Below, piece by piece: positions 38,877 to 48,221 of a stretch of 64,000 bases of DNA. The notes under the pieces were generated by a model. The model was not told the origin of the DNA, did no database searches, and saw only the letters and a list, made by a program, of their open reading frames with translations. The translations under genes were made by a program, and so were the position numbers. Each line of letters opens with the position of its first letter. Position 1 is the stretch's first letter. The stretch covers positions 4,220 to 68,219 of the forward strand of contig JBKGYK010000003.1 in assembly GCA_046546095.1 (NCBI GenBank), read 5' to 3'. The DNA is from Bacteroidales bacterium. Lineage in GTDB: Bacteria; Bacteroidota; Bacteroidia; Bacteroidales; ML635J-15.

Positions 38877-39686
38877 TCAGACCAGGACCATCATTTCTTT
38901 CATCAGCAGTGTCATTTTTTTCTCTGCTTTGGATGCCACTTTTTGCACCTCTTCGTGCGAAACCTCAACAATTTTTCCGGGCACACCCAGGTCGGTAATG
39001 ATGGAAATAGCAAAACACGGAATCCCCATTTGCCGGGCCACAATAACTTCAGGTACCGTACTCATTCCAACGGCATCAGATCCGATAATCCGAAAGTATC
39101 TATATTCAGAGGGAGTTTCAAATGTGGGGCCGGTTACTGCAGTATAAACACCTTCCTGCAGCTTAATATCATGTCTGGCAGCAATTTTTTTCACTATTTC
39201 AATGAGTCCTGGATCATAAGCCTGGCTCATATCGGGAAAACGGTCTCCGAATTCCGGCTCATGTTTTCCGATGAGGGGATTTGGTATCAGGTTGATATGG
39301 TCGTTGAGCACCATAAGATCGCCAATTTCAAAATCGGGATTCACACCACCACTTGCATTGCTGACAAATAAATGTTTGATACCCAGCTTTTTCATCACCC
39401 TTACAGGAAATGTGATTTTTTCAGCAGAATATCCCTCGTAATAATGGAACCTGCCCTGCATAGCCACAATTGGCTTATCGTTAAGTGTACCAAAAATCAG
39501 GCGACCGTGATGACCTTCAACGGTACTTACCGGAAAATCCGGGATATCGTCATAAGCAATGGTCTCATTAATATCTATCTCATCCACCAGGCCACCCAGA
39601 CCTGTTCCGAGAATAATACCTGCTTCAGGACTTAGGGAAATCCTGTTCTTTATAAAGTTTGCTGTACCTTCGATTTGTTTTAACAT
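38877..39686 (-). CDS. punA: Purine nucleoside phosphorylase (PunA/DeoD-II, trimeric PNP family)
   Basis: Aligns from the first residue with recalled PunA (MLKQIEGTANFIKNR...GIILGTGLG, VSTVEGHHG, GSDAVGMSTVPE). Start trimmed to the ATG at 39686. Confidence 0.88.
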   Translation of the reverse strand: MLKQIEGTANFIKNRISLSPEAGIILGTGLGGLVDEIDINETIAYDDIPDFPVSTVEGHHGRLIFGTLNDKPIVAMQGRFHYYEGYSAEKITFPVRVMKKLGIKHLFVSNASGGVNPDFEIGDLMVLNDHINLIPNPLIGKHEPEFGDRFPDMSQAYDPGLIEIVKKIAARHDIKLQEGVYTAVTGPTFETPSEYRYFRIIGSDAVGMSTVPEVIVARQMGIPCFAISIITDLGVPGKIVEVSHEEVQKVASKAEKKMTLLMKEMMVLV

Positions 39687-40752
39687 AGCGAATAATTTGA
39701 TATTTAAATTCCTCTTCTTGTTCCTTGTTGCCCAAAAACACAACCTGGATTGGCAGGTAATATAAGTGTTTTTTCAGGGTTTCAGGAACCTCATCCATTT
39801 GTTTTATTTTTACTGCATCTTTTTCCGTTGTAATCAGGATCTTTTTCTGTGATTCAATTTTTTCAAATTGATTTGTGATGCGTTTAAGCTCTTCAGGTTT
39901 ATAATAATGATGATCAGGATACTTGAAGGTTTTCCGCAATGTACCCAGTTTATGCAATTTATTTTTGAATAATTTATTTCTTGCGATACCGGACAAACCG
40001 ATAATGTCATGGGGGGTGGAAGACAATTCTTCAAGCGTATATTCAACATCAGGATCAAAAACCTTTTTCAGGTTGCCGTATTCGTAGCTGGTAAAATACA
40101 AATACTGAAAAGGATATATTTTCAATTCCTTATCCATCAAGCGTTTTTCGATGGGCTTCATGTCTTTGGGACATTTTGTGATAATGATAATATGTGCTCT
40201 GCGGTGTTCGTGTGCATGTTCACGAAGCCTTCCAAAAGGCAAAAAATTATCGCGTGTAAAAGGCCGGTTATAATCAGATAAGAGAATATTCAGCCCCGCG
40301 TGGACTTTGCGATGTTGAAATCCATCATCAAGAATCACGGCATTCAAATCATCCATTTCAGACAGCTTTTCAATTCCCCTGACTCTTTTTTCGTCAACTG
40401 CTACAGTAACATCAGGAAACTTTTGTTTCATCTGCAAGGGTTCATCTCCGATAGTTTTCGCTGTATCAGCTTCACCGGCAAGCTTAAAACCTTTGGTTTT
40501 TCGTTTATAGCCCCGGCTTAATACAGCCACGCCAAATTCATTTTTCAGCAATCTGATAATATATTCAACATGGGGGGTTTTTCCGGTTCCGCCAACTGTC
40601 AAATTGCCCACACAGATTACCGGGAAATCAAAACTTTTTGATTTCAGAATTTTGTTTTCATACAGCGCATTCCGCACTGCTACAAGCATCCCATAGATCA
40701 GAGAAAGGGGATAAAGAAAAAACAGCCTGAGTATTTTGATACCTACTGACAT
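39625..40752 (-). CDS. lpxK: Tetraacyldisaccharide 4-prime-kinase
   Basis: GNLTVGGTGKTP P-loop, ILDDGFQH. ATG at 40752 preferred over the upstream TTG at 40773. Its last 62 nt overlap the punA start. Confidence 0.88.
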   Translation of the reverse strand: MSVGIKILRLFFLYPLSLIYGMLVAVRNALYENKILKSKSFDFPVICVGNLTVGGTGKTPHVEYIIRLLKNEFGVAVLSRGYKRKTKGFKLAGEADTAKTIGDEPLQMKQKFPDVTVAVDEKRVRGIEKLSEMDDLNAVILDDGFQHRKVHAGLNILLSDYNRPFTRDNFLPFGRLREHAHEHRRAHIIIITKCPKDMKPIEKRLMDKELKIYPFQYLYFTSYEYGNLKKVFDPDVEYTLEELSSTPHDIIGLSGIARNKLFKNKLHKLGTLRKTFKYPDHHYYKPEELKRITNQFEKIESQKKILITTEKDAVKIKQMDEVPETLKKHLYYLPIQVVFLGNKEQEEEFKYQIIRYVKTNRRYSKLYKEQDFPKS

Positions 40753-40814
40753 TGTTAAGCCCGAAAGTAACAATTATTTATCAAAAAATAAAAAATTAGT
40801 TTGTCTAATTTATT

Positions 40815-42107
40815 TTATGACAAATTAAAAGCCTTTTTAATCTTCTCAATATAGTCGAGTTTTTCCCAGGTAAAGAGTTCTACTTCGAGGTATGTTTCAC
40901 CGTTGTAAGGCGAATGAAAATGTTTCTTCACAACTCTTGGCGTACGCCCCAGGTGTCCATAGGTAGCTGTTTCCAGATATATTGGGTTTCTGAGTTTCAG
41001 GCGTGTTTCTATCGCATGCGGGGAGAGGGCGAAAATTTTCCGGATTTCACGTGCAATATCTCCGTCACTCATATTGATCTTTGCGCTGCCGTATGTATTG
41101 ACAAAAACGCTCACAGGTTCAGTAACACCAATGGCATAAGACAACTGTACCAGTATTTCATCAGCCACTCCTGCTGCCACCATGTTTTTTGCGATATGTC
41201 TTGCGGCATAGGCTGCGGATCTGTCTACTTTGGAGGGGTCTTTACCGGAAAAAGCACCACCTCCGTGAGCTCCCCGTCCACCATAGGTATCAACAATAAT
41301 TTTTCGGCCTGTAAGACCGGTATCCCCGTGCGGACCGCCAATAACAAATTTTCCGGTGGGATTGACATGAAGCTCGTAATCATGATCGAACAATTTTTGC
41401 ACCCGTTCGGACATGGAATTTACCACACGCGGGATAAGGATGTCTGATACATCTTCTCTTATTTTGGCAATCATTGCATTATCAGCTACTGCTGCTGCTT
41501 CCGGGCTGTCATTTTTGGGCTCAACAAATTCATCGTGCTGTGTGGAAACAACGATGGCATGGATTTTTATCGCTTTGTGCTGGTCATCATACTCCACACT
41601 AACCTGAGACTTTGAATCCGGACGCAGGTAAGTCATTTCTTTTCCTTCCCGACGTATTTCTGCAAGCTCCTGCAATAAACGATGGGAGAGCTCAAGAGGC
41701 AGGGGCATATAGTTGTCTGTTTCACGGCAGGCATAGCCGAACATCATTCCCTGGTCACCGGCACCCTGCTCTTCGGGTTTGGTTTTATCCACTCCACGGT
41801 TGATGTCCGGGGATTGCTCATGCAATGCAGTTAAAACACCGCATGAATTTCCGTCAAAGCGGTACTCTCCTTTGGTGTAGCCAATTTTGTTGACAATCCT
41901 GCGCACGGTTTCCTGCACATCTACATAGGTTTCAGACTTGACCTCACCGGCAACAACCACCTGGCCGGTAGTGACCAAAGTTTCGCATGCAACCTTCGAT
42001 TCAACATCAAAAGCAAGAAATTCATCAACCATTGCATCTGAAATCTGATCGGCAACTTTATCGGGATGTCCCTCAGATACAGATTCTGAAGTAAAAATAT
42101 AAGACAT
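40815..42107 (-). CDS. metK: S-adenosylmethionine synthase
   Basis: [12 protein letters not shown] and [16 protein letters not shown] signatures; 430 aa. Confidence 0.96.
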   Translation of the reverse strand: MSYIFTSESVSEGHPDKVADQISDAMVDEFLAFDVESKVACETLVTTGQVVVAGEVKSETYVDVQETVRRIVNKIGYTKGEYRFDGNSCGVLTALHEQSPDINRGVDKTKPEEQGAGDQGMMFGYACRETDNYMPLPLELSHRLLQELAEIRREGKEMTYLRPDSKSQVSVEYDDQHKAIKIHAIVVSTQHDEFVEPKNDSPEAAAVADNAMIAKIREDVSDILIPRVVNSMSERVQKLFDHDYELHVNPTGKFVIGGPHGDTGLTGRKIIVDTYGGRGAHGGGAFSGKDPSKVDRSAAYAARHIAKNMVAAGVADEILVQLSYAIGVTEPVSVFVNTYGSAKINMSDGDIAREIRKIFALSPHAIETRLKLRNPIYLETATYGHLGRTPRVVKKHFHSPYNGETYLEVELFTWEKLDYIEKIKKAFNLS

Positions 42108-42140
42108 AGAAAGAATATTTTAGTTCGAAAAAATATTTCT

Positions 42141-42171
42141 CAAAATTACACAAGGATTTAATTAATCCAAA
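42141..42171 (-). promoter_or_regulatory. Bacteroidota-type promoter for metK (TTTG-N19-TAATTTTG)
   Basis: On the minus strand, TTTG (42171..42168), a 19-nt spacer, then TAATTTTG (42148..42141), 33 nt upstream of the metK ATG. Confidence 0.5.
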
Positions 42172-42197
42172 TTATTTCCAGATTCAGACCAGAATAT

Positions 42198-42205
42198 TAT
42201 CTTTG
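42198..42205 (+). promoter_or_regulatory. Candidate -7 box (TATCTTTG) for the bactofilin/ATP synthase operon
   Basis: TAnnTTTG match 26 nt upstream of the ATG at 42232. TTTC (3 of 4) lies 19 nt upstream, at 42175..42178. Confidence 0.4.
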
Positions 42206-42231
42206 CATAAAGCAGACAAAATACAAATACA

Positions 42232-42615
42232 ATGGCTAAAACACAGGAAACAGAAGCAAACCGCCTCAATGTTATAGGCGAAGGAACCACAGTAAACGGA
42301 GACATTAAATCCGACGGTGACGTTCGTATTGATGGACAGATCACCGGAAATATCAGTATAGAAGGCAAGCTTGTCATTGGAAAAAAAGGCAGTTTGAATG
42401 GTGAAATTCATTGTCAAAACTGCGAAATTTCCGGGACAATAGAGGGCAAAATTTTCGTCAGGGAATTATTAAGCCTCAAAGCAAGTTCTGTCATTAAGGG
42501 TGACATTAAAACACTCCGGCTGGCCATAGAGCCCAATGCCGTATTTACCGGCACCTGTAATATGGACCAGGGCAAAACAGCATCAGCCATTAAGGATGGA
42601 AAAACAAAAAAATAA
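42232..42615 (+). CDS. Bactofilin family polymer-forming cytoskeletal protein
   Basis: 127 aa with repeated beta-helix windings (VNGDIKSDGDVRIDGQITGNISIEGKLVIGKKGSLNGEIHCQNCEISGTIEGKI) typical of DUF583/bactofilin. Confidence 0.75.
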   Translation: MAKTQETEANRLNVIGEGTTVNGDIKSDGDVRIDGQITGNISIEGKLVIGKKGSLNGEIHCQNCEISGTIEGKIFVRELLSLKASSVIKGDIKTLRLAIEPNAVFTGTCNMDQGKTASAIKDGKTKK

Positions 42616-42823
42616 AAAGACAGATCCGGTTAAATCATACGCCCGGTTCTCGGGCATTGTGTTTGAGATGCTTGCCATTATTGGTGGCGGTGCATGGGCT
42701 GGCGTAAAGCTCGATGAATCCAGGGATGGAGATTTTCCTCTCTTTACAATCATACTCTCCCTTCTGGCAGTGGCCATAGCACTTTATGTTGTCATAAAAC
42801 AAGTCATAAACATGAATAAATGA
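42596..42823 (+). CDS. AtpZ/AtpI-like small membrane protein of the ATP synthase operon
   Basis: 75 aa from the ATG at 42596, Lys-rich N-terminus then two TM helices (FEMLAIIGGGAWAG, LFTIILSLLAVAIALYVVI). It overlaps the bactofilin stop by 20 nt. Confidence 0.6.
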   Translation: MEKQKNKKTDPVKSYARFSGIVFEMLAIIGGGAWAGVKLDESRDGDFPLFTIILSLLAVAIALYVVIKQVINMNK

Positions 42824-43212
42824 AACATAAATCTCCGGCCATAAAGTTTTGGTTGCAAATCACAGCACTTGCTTTCATTATTCTGGCACTGCAGTTTCTT
42901 GCTTCCTATCTGGCATTTGAAAACCTGCCCACACCACGGGAAGTTATTGGCAACATATATCTGTATGCCCTGACAGGACTATCCTTTAGCATCTTCATGA
43001 AACTAAAAAACAAATTCCCGACTTATATGGGTTTTATTTTCGGTGGACTGAGCCTGCTGAAAATGATGCTGGGGGTGGTATTTCTCCTGCCTGTGTTATT
43101 AAACAGCCATGATAAAGAACATTATTTTGTGATACAGTTTTTGTTAATTTATGTTATATATTTGTTTTTTGAATCATTTGTCTTGATTAAATACCTGCAA
43201 TCACAAGACTGA
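42820..43212 (+). CDS. Hypothetical 4-TM membrane protein (ATP synthase protein I-like position)
   Basis: 130 aa, hydrophobic. It shares an ATGA start/stop overlap with the preceding gene and lies directly upstream of atpB. Confidence 0.5.
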   Translation: MKHKSPAIKFWLQITALAFIILALQFLASYLAFENLPTPREVIGNIYLYALTGLSFSIFMKLKNKFPTYMGFIFGGLSLLKMMLGVVFLLPVLLNSHDKEHYFVIQFLLIYVIYLFFESFVLIKYLQSQD

Positions 43213-43274
43213 TTCAATTGAAAATAAAGTTTTTTACGGTTTTTTGTTTGCATTTTTTTTATCAATTTTGGTAC

Positions 43275-44372
43275 ATGATGAGTTTGAGATGTAACATACT
43301 TTTTTTACTGGTCTTTTTGCTTACTCCGCTTGCGATGATGGCTGAAGATCCGATTGAGGATATCCATGTTGATGATGAGGAGTTCGATGTTACCGAGATG
43401 GTGTTTGACCACATCATGGACAGTCACTCATGGCACATTGCTGATTACACAGATGATTCCGGTCACAAACATGCAATAAGCATTGCCTTACCTGTAATAC
43501 TATGGCACGAGGGACAACTGGATGTCTTTATGTCATCTGCTTTTGACCATGGTCATGCAACGGTTACCAAAGGCGATAACAATTACTTTTTATACCAAGG
43601 AGATATCTACCTTACAGACGAGGAAGGAAGCATCCATCATGAAATCAACGAAGAAACAGGCAAATCTGAAATAAGCAATGCAGCACCCCTGGATTTGTCT
43701 ATCACAAAAAATGTGGCCGCTATGATAATATCAGCCATAATTTTGTTGTTGGTTTTTCTTTCTGTAGCCCGTGCATATAAAAAACGCCCCGGCAAACCAG
43801 CCGGCCTTCAAGGTTTTATGGAGCCACTGTTTCTTTTTGTACGTGATGATATTGCAAAACCTAATATTGGCGAAAAATACGAGAAATACCTGCCATACAT
43901 CATGACGGTTTTCTTTTTTATTCTGTTCAACAATCTGCTGGGGCTGATTCCGTTTTTTCCCGGCGGAGCCAATGTTACCGGCAACATTTCTGTAACAATG
44001 ACACTGGCTGCTTTCACCATGGTAATTACCAATGTAAGCGGAACAAAACAATACTGGAAACACATTTTTGCAACCCCGGGTTTGCCCTTCTGGTTGTATC
44101 CTATCATGATACCTGTTGAACTCATTGGCATCATTACCAAACCCTTTGCCCTGATGGTACGTTTGTTTGCAAACATCACCGCAGGACATATTATTATATT
44201 GAGCCTGGTATCATTGATATTTATTTTTAAGACTGCCATGATGGGGTTTGTGTCAGTACCATTTGTTCTTTTTATGGACATACTGGAGCTGCTGGTAGCT
44301 GCCATTCAGGCGTATATTTTTACTCTGCTGTCGGCCCTGTTTATCGGCCTGGCACTGGAGGGAGATCACTAA
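43275..44372 (+). CDS. atpB: F0F1 ATP synthase subunit a
   Basis: Conserved Arg helix ALMVRLFANITAGH and a C-terminal TM bundle. ATG at 43275 (the listed start at 43218 is TTG). It has a roughly 130-aa acidic/His-rich N-terminal extension after a signal-like segment. Confidence 0.9.
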   Translation: MMSLRCNILFLLVFLLTPLAMMAEDPIEDIHVDDEEFDVTEMVFDHIMDSHSWHIADYTDDSGHKHAISIALPVILWHEGQLDVFMSSAFDHGHATVTKGDNNYFLYQGDIYLTDEEGSIHHEINEETGKSEISNAAPLDLSITKNVAAMIISAIILLLVFLSVARAYKKRPGKPAGLQGFMEPLFLFVRDDIAKPNIGEKYEKYLPYIMTVFFFILFNNLLGLIPFFPGGANVTGNISVTMTLAAFTMVITNVSGTKQYWKHIFATPGLPFWLYPIMIPVELIGIITKPFALMVRLFANITAGHIIILSLVSLIFIFKTAMMGFVSVPFVLFMDILELLVAAIQAYIFTLLSALFIGLALEGDH

Positions 44373-44404
44373 GGAAATTTAATGTTTAACCTAAATTATA
44401 TTTT

Positions 44405-44608
44405 ATGGTACAATTAGCAGCAATAGGTGCCGGACTTGCAGTGATAGGAGCTGCGATCGGCATTGGCAAAATCGGTGGACAGGCAATGGACGCTATTGCA
44501 CGTCAACCGGAAGCTTCAAACAAAATTCAGACAGCTATGATTATTTCTGCTGCACTTATCGAAGGTGTATCACTCTTTGCTGTTGTGGTTTCGTTACTTG
44601 TAGCTTAA
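44405..44608 (+). CDS. atpE: F0F1 ATP synthase subunit c
   Basis: 67-aa two-helix hairpin protein with an ARQPE loop and a conserved carboxylate in LIEGVSLFAVV. Confidence 0.95.
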   Translation: MVQLAAIGAGLAVIGAAIGIGKIGGQAMDAIARQPEASNKIQTAMIISAALIEGVSLFAVVVSLLVA

Positions 44609-44615
44609 GTAATTT

Positions 44616-44650
44616 ATTGTTTTCCGCAGCGGTTGGCTGCGGAAAACAAT
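44616..44650 (+). promoter_or_regulatory. Perfect 15-bp stem-loop between atpE and atpF (intra-operon RNA element)
   Basis: ATTGTTTTCCGCAGC (44616..44630), loop GGTTG, then GCTGCGGAAAACAAT (44636..44650). It starts 8 nt after the atpE stop and is not followed by a clean T tract. Confidence 0.6.
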
Positions 44651-44678
44651 TGATTTAATCATCTTAAACACAATTATT

Positions 44679-45173
44679 ATGGATCTGATTACCCCCGATG
44701 TTGGATTGATTATTTGGACCACTCTGGTTTTCTTAATACTACTGGTTATACTGGGTGTTTTTGCATGGAAGCCCATCAACAATGCCATCAACAATCGTAA
44801 TAATTCCATTGAACGGGCACTTAGTAAAGCTGAAAATGCCAGGGAGCAAATTAAACATCTCAAATCCGAGCAAAATGAAATCATTGACCTCGCAAAAAAG
44901 GAAAGAGATAATGTTCTGAAGGAAGCCAAGTCTATGCGGGAGGAAATGCTCGCCAAAGCAAGGGAAGAGACAAATTCCATAGTGGACAAAATGAAAAACG
45001 AAGCCCGGAAAGATATCGAAAATCAAAAGCAACAGGCGATTGATGAAATTAAGGATCAGATGGCTGACCTTTCCATTTCAATAGCAGAACGCCTCCTCCG
45101 TGAAGAGCTTCAGGACAAGGAAAAACAAAATAAGCTTGTTGAGAAATTGATAGACGAAGTTAAATTAAATTAA
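44679..45173 (+). CDS. atpF: F0F1 ATP synthase subunit b
   Basis: Single N-terminal TM helix followed by a long charged helix; 164 aa; operon position. Confidence 0.9.
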   Translation: MDLITPDVGLIIWTTLVFLILLVILGVFAWKPINNAINNRNNSIERALSKAENAREQIKHLKSEQNEIIDLAKKERDNVLKEAKSMREEMLAKAREETNSIVDKMKNEARKDIENQKQQAIDEIKDQMADLSISIAERLLREELQDKEKQNKLVEKLIDEVKLN

Positions 45174-45185
45174 GCGCTGCAAAGT

Positions 45186-45734
45186 ATGGATCATAGCAGA
45201 ATAGCCGTCAGATATGCCAGGGCAGCTTTCGAACTGGCACAGGAACAAGACAAAACCGATGTTTTCATCAAAGACATGCGGACACTGTCTGATTTACTGA
45301 ACACCAGCAGTGATATCATCGGATACCTGAACAACCCGGTTGTCAGGAAATCCGAAAAAGCAAAAACCATTGACCGGATATTTGCAAAACAGTTTGATAA
45401 ATTAAGCCTTGACTTTATCCACCTTGTTGTCGATCATAACCGCGAACGGCAACTGAAGGCCATTTGCATGAAAACCGAAAGCCTCTACAAGGAACTTAAA
45501 GGAATCAGCTCTCTGGAAATAAAATCAGCCAAAGTACTTGATGGGAACAGCCGTAAAAAGCTCACCGAAAACATCAAATCAGCCTTGGGCGCAAAGGAAA
45601 TAGAGCTGAAAGAAACCGTTGATGAATCTCTCATTGGAGGCTTTGTCCTGCGCACAGAAGATTTACAATATGATGCCAGTATCAAAACACAACTGGCCAG
45701 GTTAAAAAATGAATTAAAAGAAAACTCACATTGA
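45186..45734 (+). CDS. atpH: F0F1 ATP synthase subunit delta (OSCP)
   Basis: 182 aa, IAVRYARAAFELA N-terminus and GGFVLR...YDASIK C-terminal motif; operon position. Confidence 0.9.
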   Translation: MDHSRIAVRYARAAFELAQEQDKTDVFIKDMRTLSDLLNTSSDIIGYLNNPVVRKSEKAKTIDRIFAKQFDKLSLDFIHLVVDHNRERQLKAICMKTESLYKELKGISSLEIKSAKVLDGNSRKKLTENIKSALGAKEIELKETVDESLIGGFVLRTEDLQYDASIKTQLARLKNELKENSH

Positions 45735-45752
45735 TAAAAATAACAATACAAT

Positions 45753-47333
45753 ATGGCTCAGATTAATCCGGCAGAAGTATCAGAAATCCTGAAAAAACAA
45801 CTCAGTGGTCAAGACATTGATGCTGAATTACAGGAAGTAGGAACCGTCCTGGAAGTAGGAGACGGTATTGCGCGTATATATGGCCTCACCAAAGTACAGG
45901 CAAATGAACTGATTGAGTTTGAAAATGGTGTTAAAGGCATTGTTCTGAATATCGAAGAAGACAATATTGGTGCAGTATTGCTTGGGGCATCCCAGGGCAT
46001 CAAGGAAGGAGACTCTGTAAAACGCACCCGGCGGATTTCATCAATAAAAGTCGGTGAGAGCATGATGGGTCGTGTTGTCAATACACTGGGAGAACCCATT
46101 GACGGAAAAGGTCCAATCAAAGGCGAAAGATTTGATATGCCCCTGGAGCGAAAAGCACCCGGTGTGATTTATCGTCAGCCGGTAAACGAACCGCTGCAAA
46201 CAGGAATCAAGGCCATTGATGCAATGACACCCATTGGTCGCGGGCAAAGAGAATTGATTATCGGAGACCGTCAGACCGGAAAAACCGCAATCACCATTGA
46301 TACCATAATCAATCAACGCGAAAATTATGAAAAAGGCGAACCTGTCTTTTGCATTTATGTTGCCATCGGTCAAAAAGGCTCAACTGTAGCAAGTATTGCA
46401 GCCACCCTTGAGAAACATGGTGCCATGGACTATACATGCATTGTAGCAGCCAACGCATCTGACCCGGCAGCATTGCAGTTCTATGCTCCCTATGCAGGTG
46501 CTGCCATCGGTGAATACTACCGCGATACAGGCAGGGCAGCTCTGATTGTTTATGACGACTTGTCAAAACAAGCTGTTTCATACAGGGAAGTATCCCTTCT
46601 GCTCAGACGTCCGCCCGGACGTGAAGCTTTCCCCGGAGATGTATTTTATCTGCACTCACGTCTGCTGGAAAGGGCAGCCAAAATCATTGAGTCCGATAAG
46701 ATCGCCGGTCAAATGAATGATATTCCGGAAGTAATGCAGGGTAAAATCAAAGGAGGAGGGTCTCTCACTGCACTGCCAATCATTGAAACACAAGCAGGAG
46801 ACGTATCTGCTTACATCCCCACCAACGTAATCTCAATTACAGACGGCCAGATTTTCCTGGAATCAGACCTTTTCAATTCCGGTGTGAGGCCCGCCATTAA
46901 CGTTGGTATATCCGTTTCCCGTGTAGGTGGAAATGCACAGGTAAAATCAATGAAAAAAGTGGCAAGCCCCCTGAAATCAGCTCAGGCTCAGTACCGTGAA
47001 CTTGAGGCTTTTGCAAAATTCGGCTCTGATCTGGACAAATCAACACTGGCTACCATTGATGCCGGACGCAAAAATGTTGAGATACTCAAACAGGCACAAT
47101 ATTCACCGATGAAAGTATCGGAACAAATTGCCATCATTTACTGTGGTGTTAATAAATTGCTGCGAAATGTGCCTGAAGAAAAAGTAAAAGAATTTGAAGA
47201 AACTTTCCTTGATTACATGAACCTGAATCACAAGGAAGTATTGGATAAACTTGCTGAAGGTAAACTTACTGAAGAAATTGAAGATACTCTGAAAAACGCA
47301 GCTAAAGAAGTAAGCAGTCAGATTGTTAAATAA
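45753..47333 (+). CDS. atpA: F0F1 ATP synthase subunit alpha
   Basis: Walker A GDRQTGKT; 526 aa; full-length alpha-like sequence. Confidence 0.97.
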   Translation: MAQINPAEVSEILKKQLSGQDIDAELQEVGTVLEVGDGIARIYGLTKVQANELIEFENGVKGIVLNIEEDNIGAVLLGASQGIKEGDSVKRTRRISSIKVGESMMGRVVNTLGEPIDGKGPIKGERFDMPLERKAPGVIYRQPVNEPLQTGIKAIDAMTPIGRGQRELIIGDRQTGKTAITIDTIINQRENYEKGEPVFCIYVAIGQKGSTVASIAATLEKHGAMDYTCIVAANASDPAALQFYAPYAGAAIGEYYRDTGRAALIVYDDLSKQAVSYREVSLLLRRPPGREAFPGDVFYLHSRLLERAAKIIESDKIAGQMNDIPEVMQGKIKGGGSLTALPIIETQAGDVSAYIPTNVISITDGQIFLESDLFNSGVRPAINVGISVSRVGGNAQVKSMKKVASPLKSAQAQYRELEAFAKFGSDLDKSTLATIDAGRKNVEILKQAQYSPMKVSEQIAIIYCGVNKLLRNVPEEKVKEFEETFLDYMNLNHKEVLDKLAEGKLTEEIEDTLKNAAKEVSSQIVK

Positions 47334-47341
47334 ATCTCTCT

Positions 47342-48202
47342 ATGGCCAATCTTAAAGAAATACGAACCAGAATCTCCTCCGTAAAATCAACACGGCAGAT
47401 TACCAGTGCCATGAAACTGGTTTCTGCTGCCAAATTACGTAAGGCTCAAAATCGTATCGAACAACTGAGGCCATACGCAGAACAATTGAAACATATCCTG
47501 TCCTACGCTTCACAAAGCATGGCAGACGACAAGGATTTTGTGTATGCTCAGCAGAGACCGGTAAACAAAGTTCTGATTGTAATGGTTTCATCAAACAAAG
47601 GCTTATGCGGAGGATTTAATGCCAATGTAGTTAAAAAAACTGTAGCTGAGATTAAAGAAAATTACCAGGATGCCAAGGTGGAAATCCTTGCTGTAGGTGG
47701 AAAAGGAGCTGACTTGTTCAAGAAACACCCCTGGGATATTATTGAAAAAGAGACAGAGATCTTTGATAAGCTCACCTTCAATCCTGTGGCGGAGATGGCT
47801 GAAAACTTAATGCAATCCTTTATCAATAAGGAATATGATAAAATAATCACAGTCTACAACAGCTTTGTTAACGCTGCAACCCAGAAAGTGAAAGCTGAAC
47901 AGTTTTTGCCGGTTCAAATTGAAGAAGAAGAGGAAGAAGTTTCAAATTATATTTATGAGCCGGACAAAAACACCATTGCCAGGGAACTCATCCCCAAATC
48001 GCTGAAAACTCAGTTCTACGAGGTTTTGCTGGACTCTAATGCTGCGGAACACGGTGCACGAATGACTTCCATGCAACAGGCAACAGACAACGCCTCAGAT
48101 CTGCTTGATGAAATCACACTGAAATACAACAAAGCACGTCAGGCTTCTATCACCAATGAAATACTGGAAATTGTAAGTGGAGCCAACGCCCTGGAAGGTT
48201 AA
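47342..48202 (+). CDS. atpG: F0F1 ATP synthase subunit gamma
   Basis: MANLKEIRTRISSVKSTRQITSAMKLVSAAKLRKAQ N-terminus and ITNEILEIVSGANAL C-terminus. Confidence 0.95.
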   Translation: MANLKEIRTRISSVKSTRQITSAMKLVSAAKLRKAQNRIEQLRPYAEQLKHILSYASQSMADDKDFVYAQQRPVNKVLIVMVSSNKGLCGGFNANVVKKTVAEIKENYQDAKVEILAVGGKGADLFKKHPWDIIEKETEIFDKLTFNPVAEMAENLMQSFINKEYDKIITVYNSFVNAATQKVKAEQFLPVQIEEEEEEVSNYIYEPDKNTIARELIPKSLKTQFYEVLLDSNAAEHGARMTSMQQATDNASDLLDEITLKYNKARQASITNEILEIVSGANALEG

Positions 48203-48221
48203 AATTAAATAACATATGGCC

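Noticed and set aside
42884-42902. Sigma-54 promoter-like TGGCAC...TTGC upstream of atpB
   Set aside because: The GG to GC spacing is 16 nt instead of 12, and the site lies inside a coding region. No other convincing -24/-12 element was seen near the sigma-54-type regulator.
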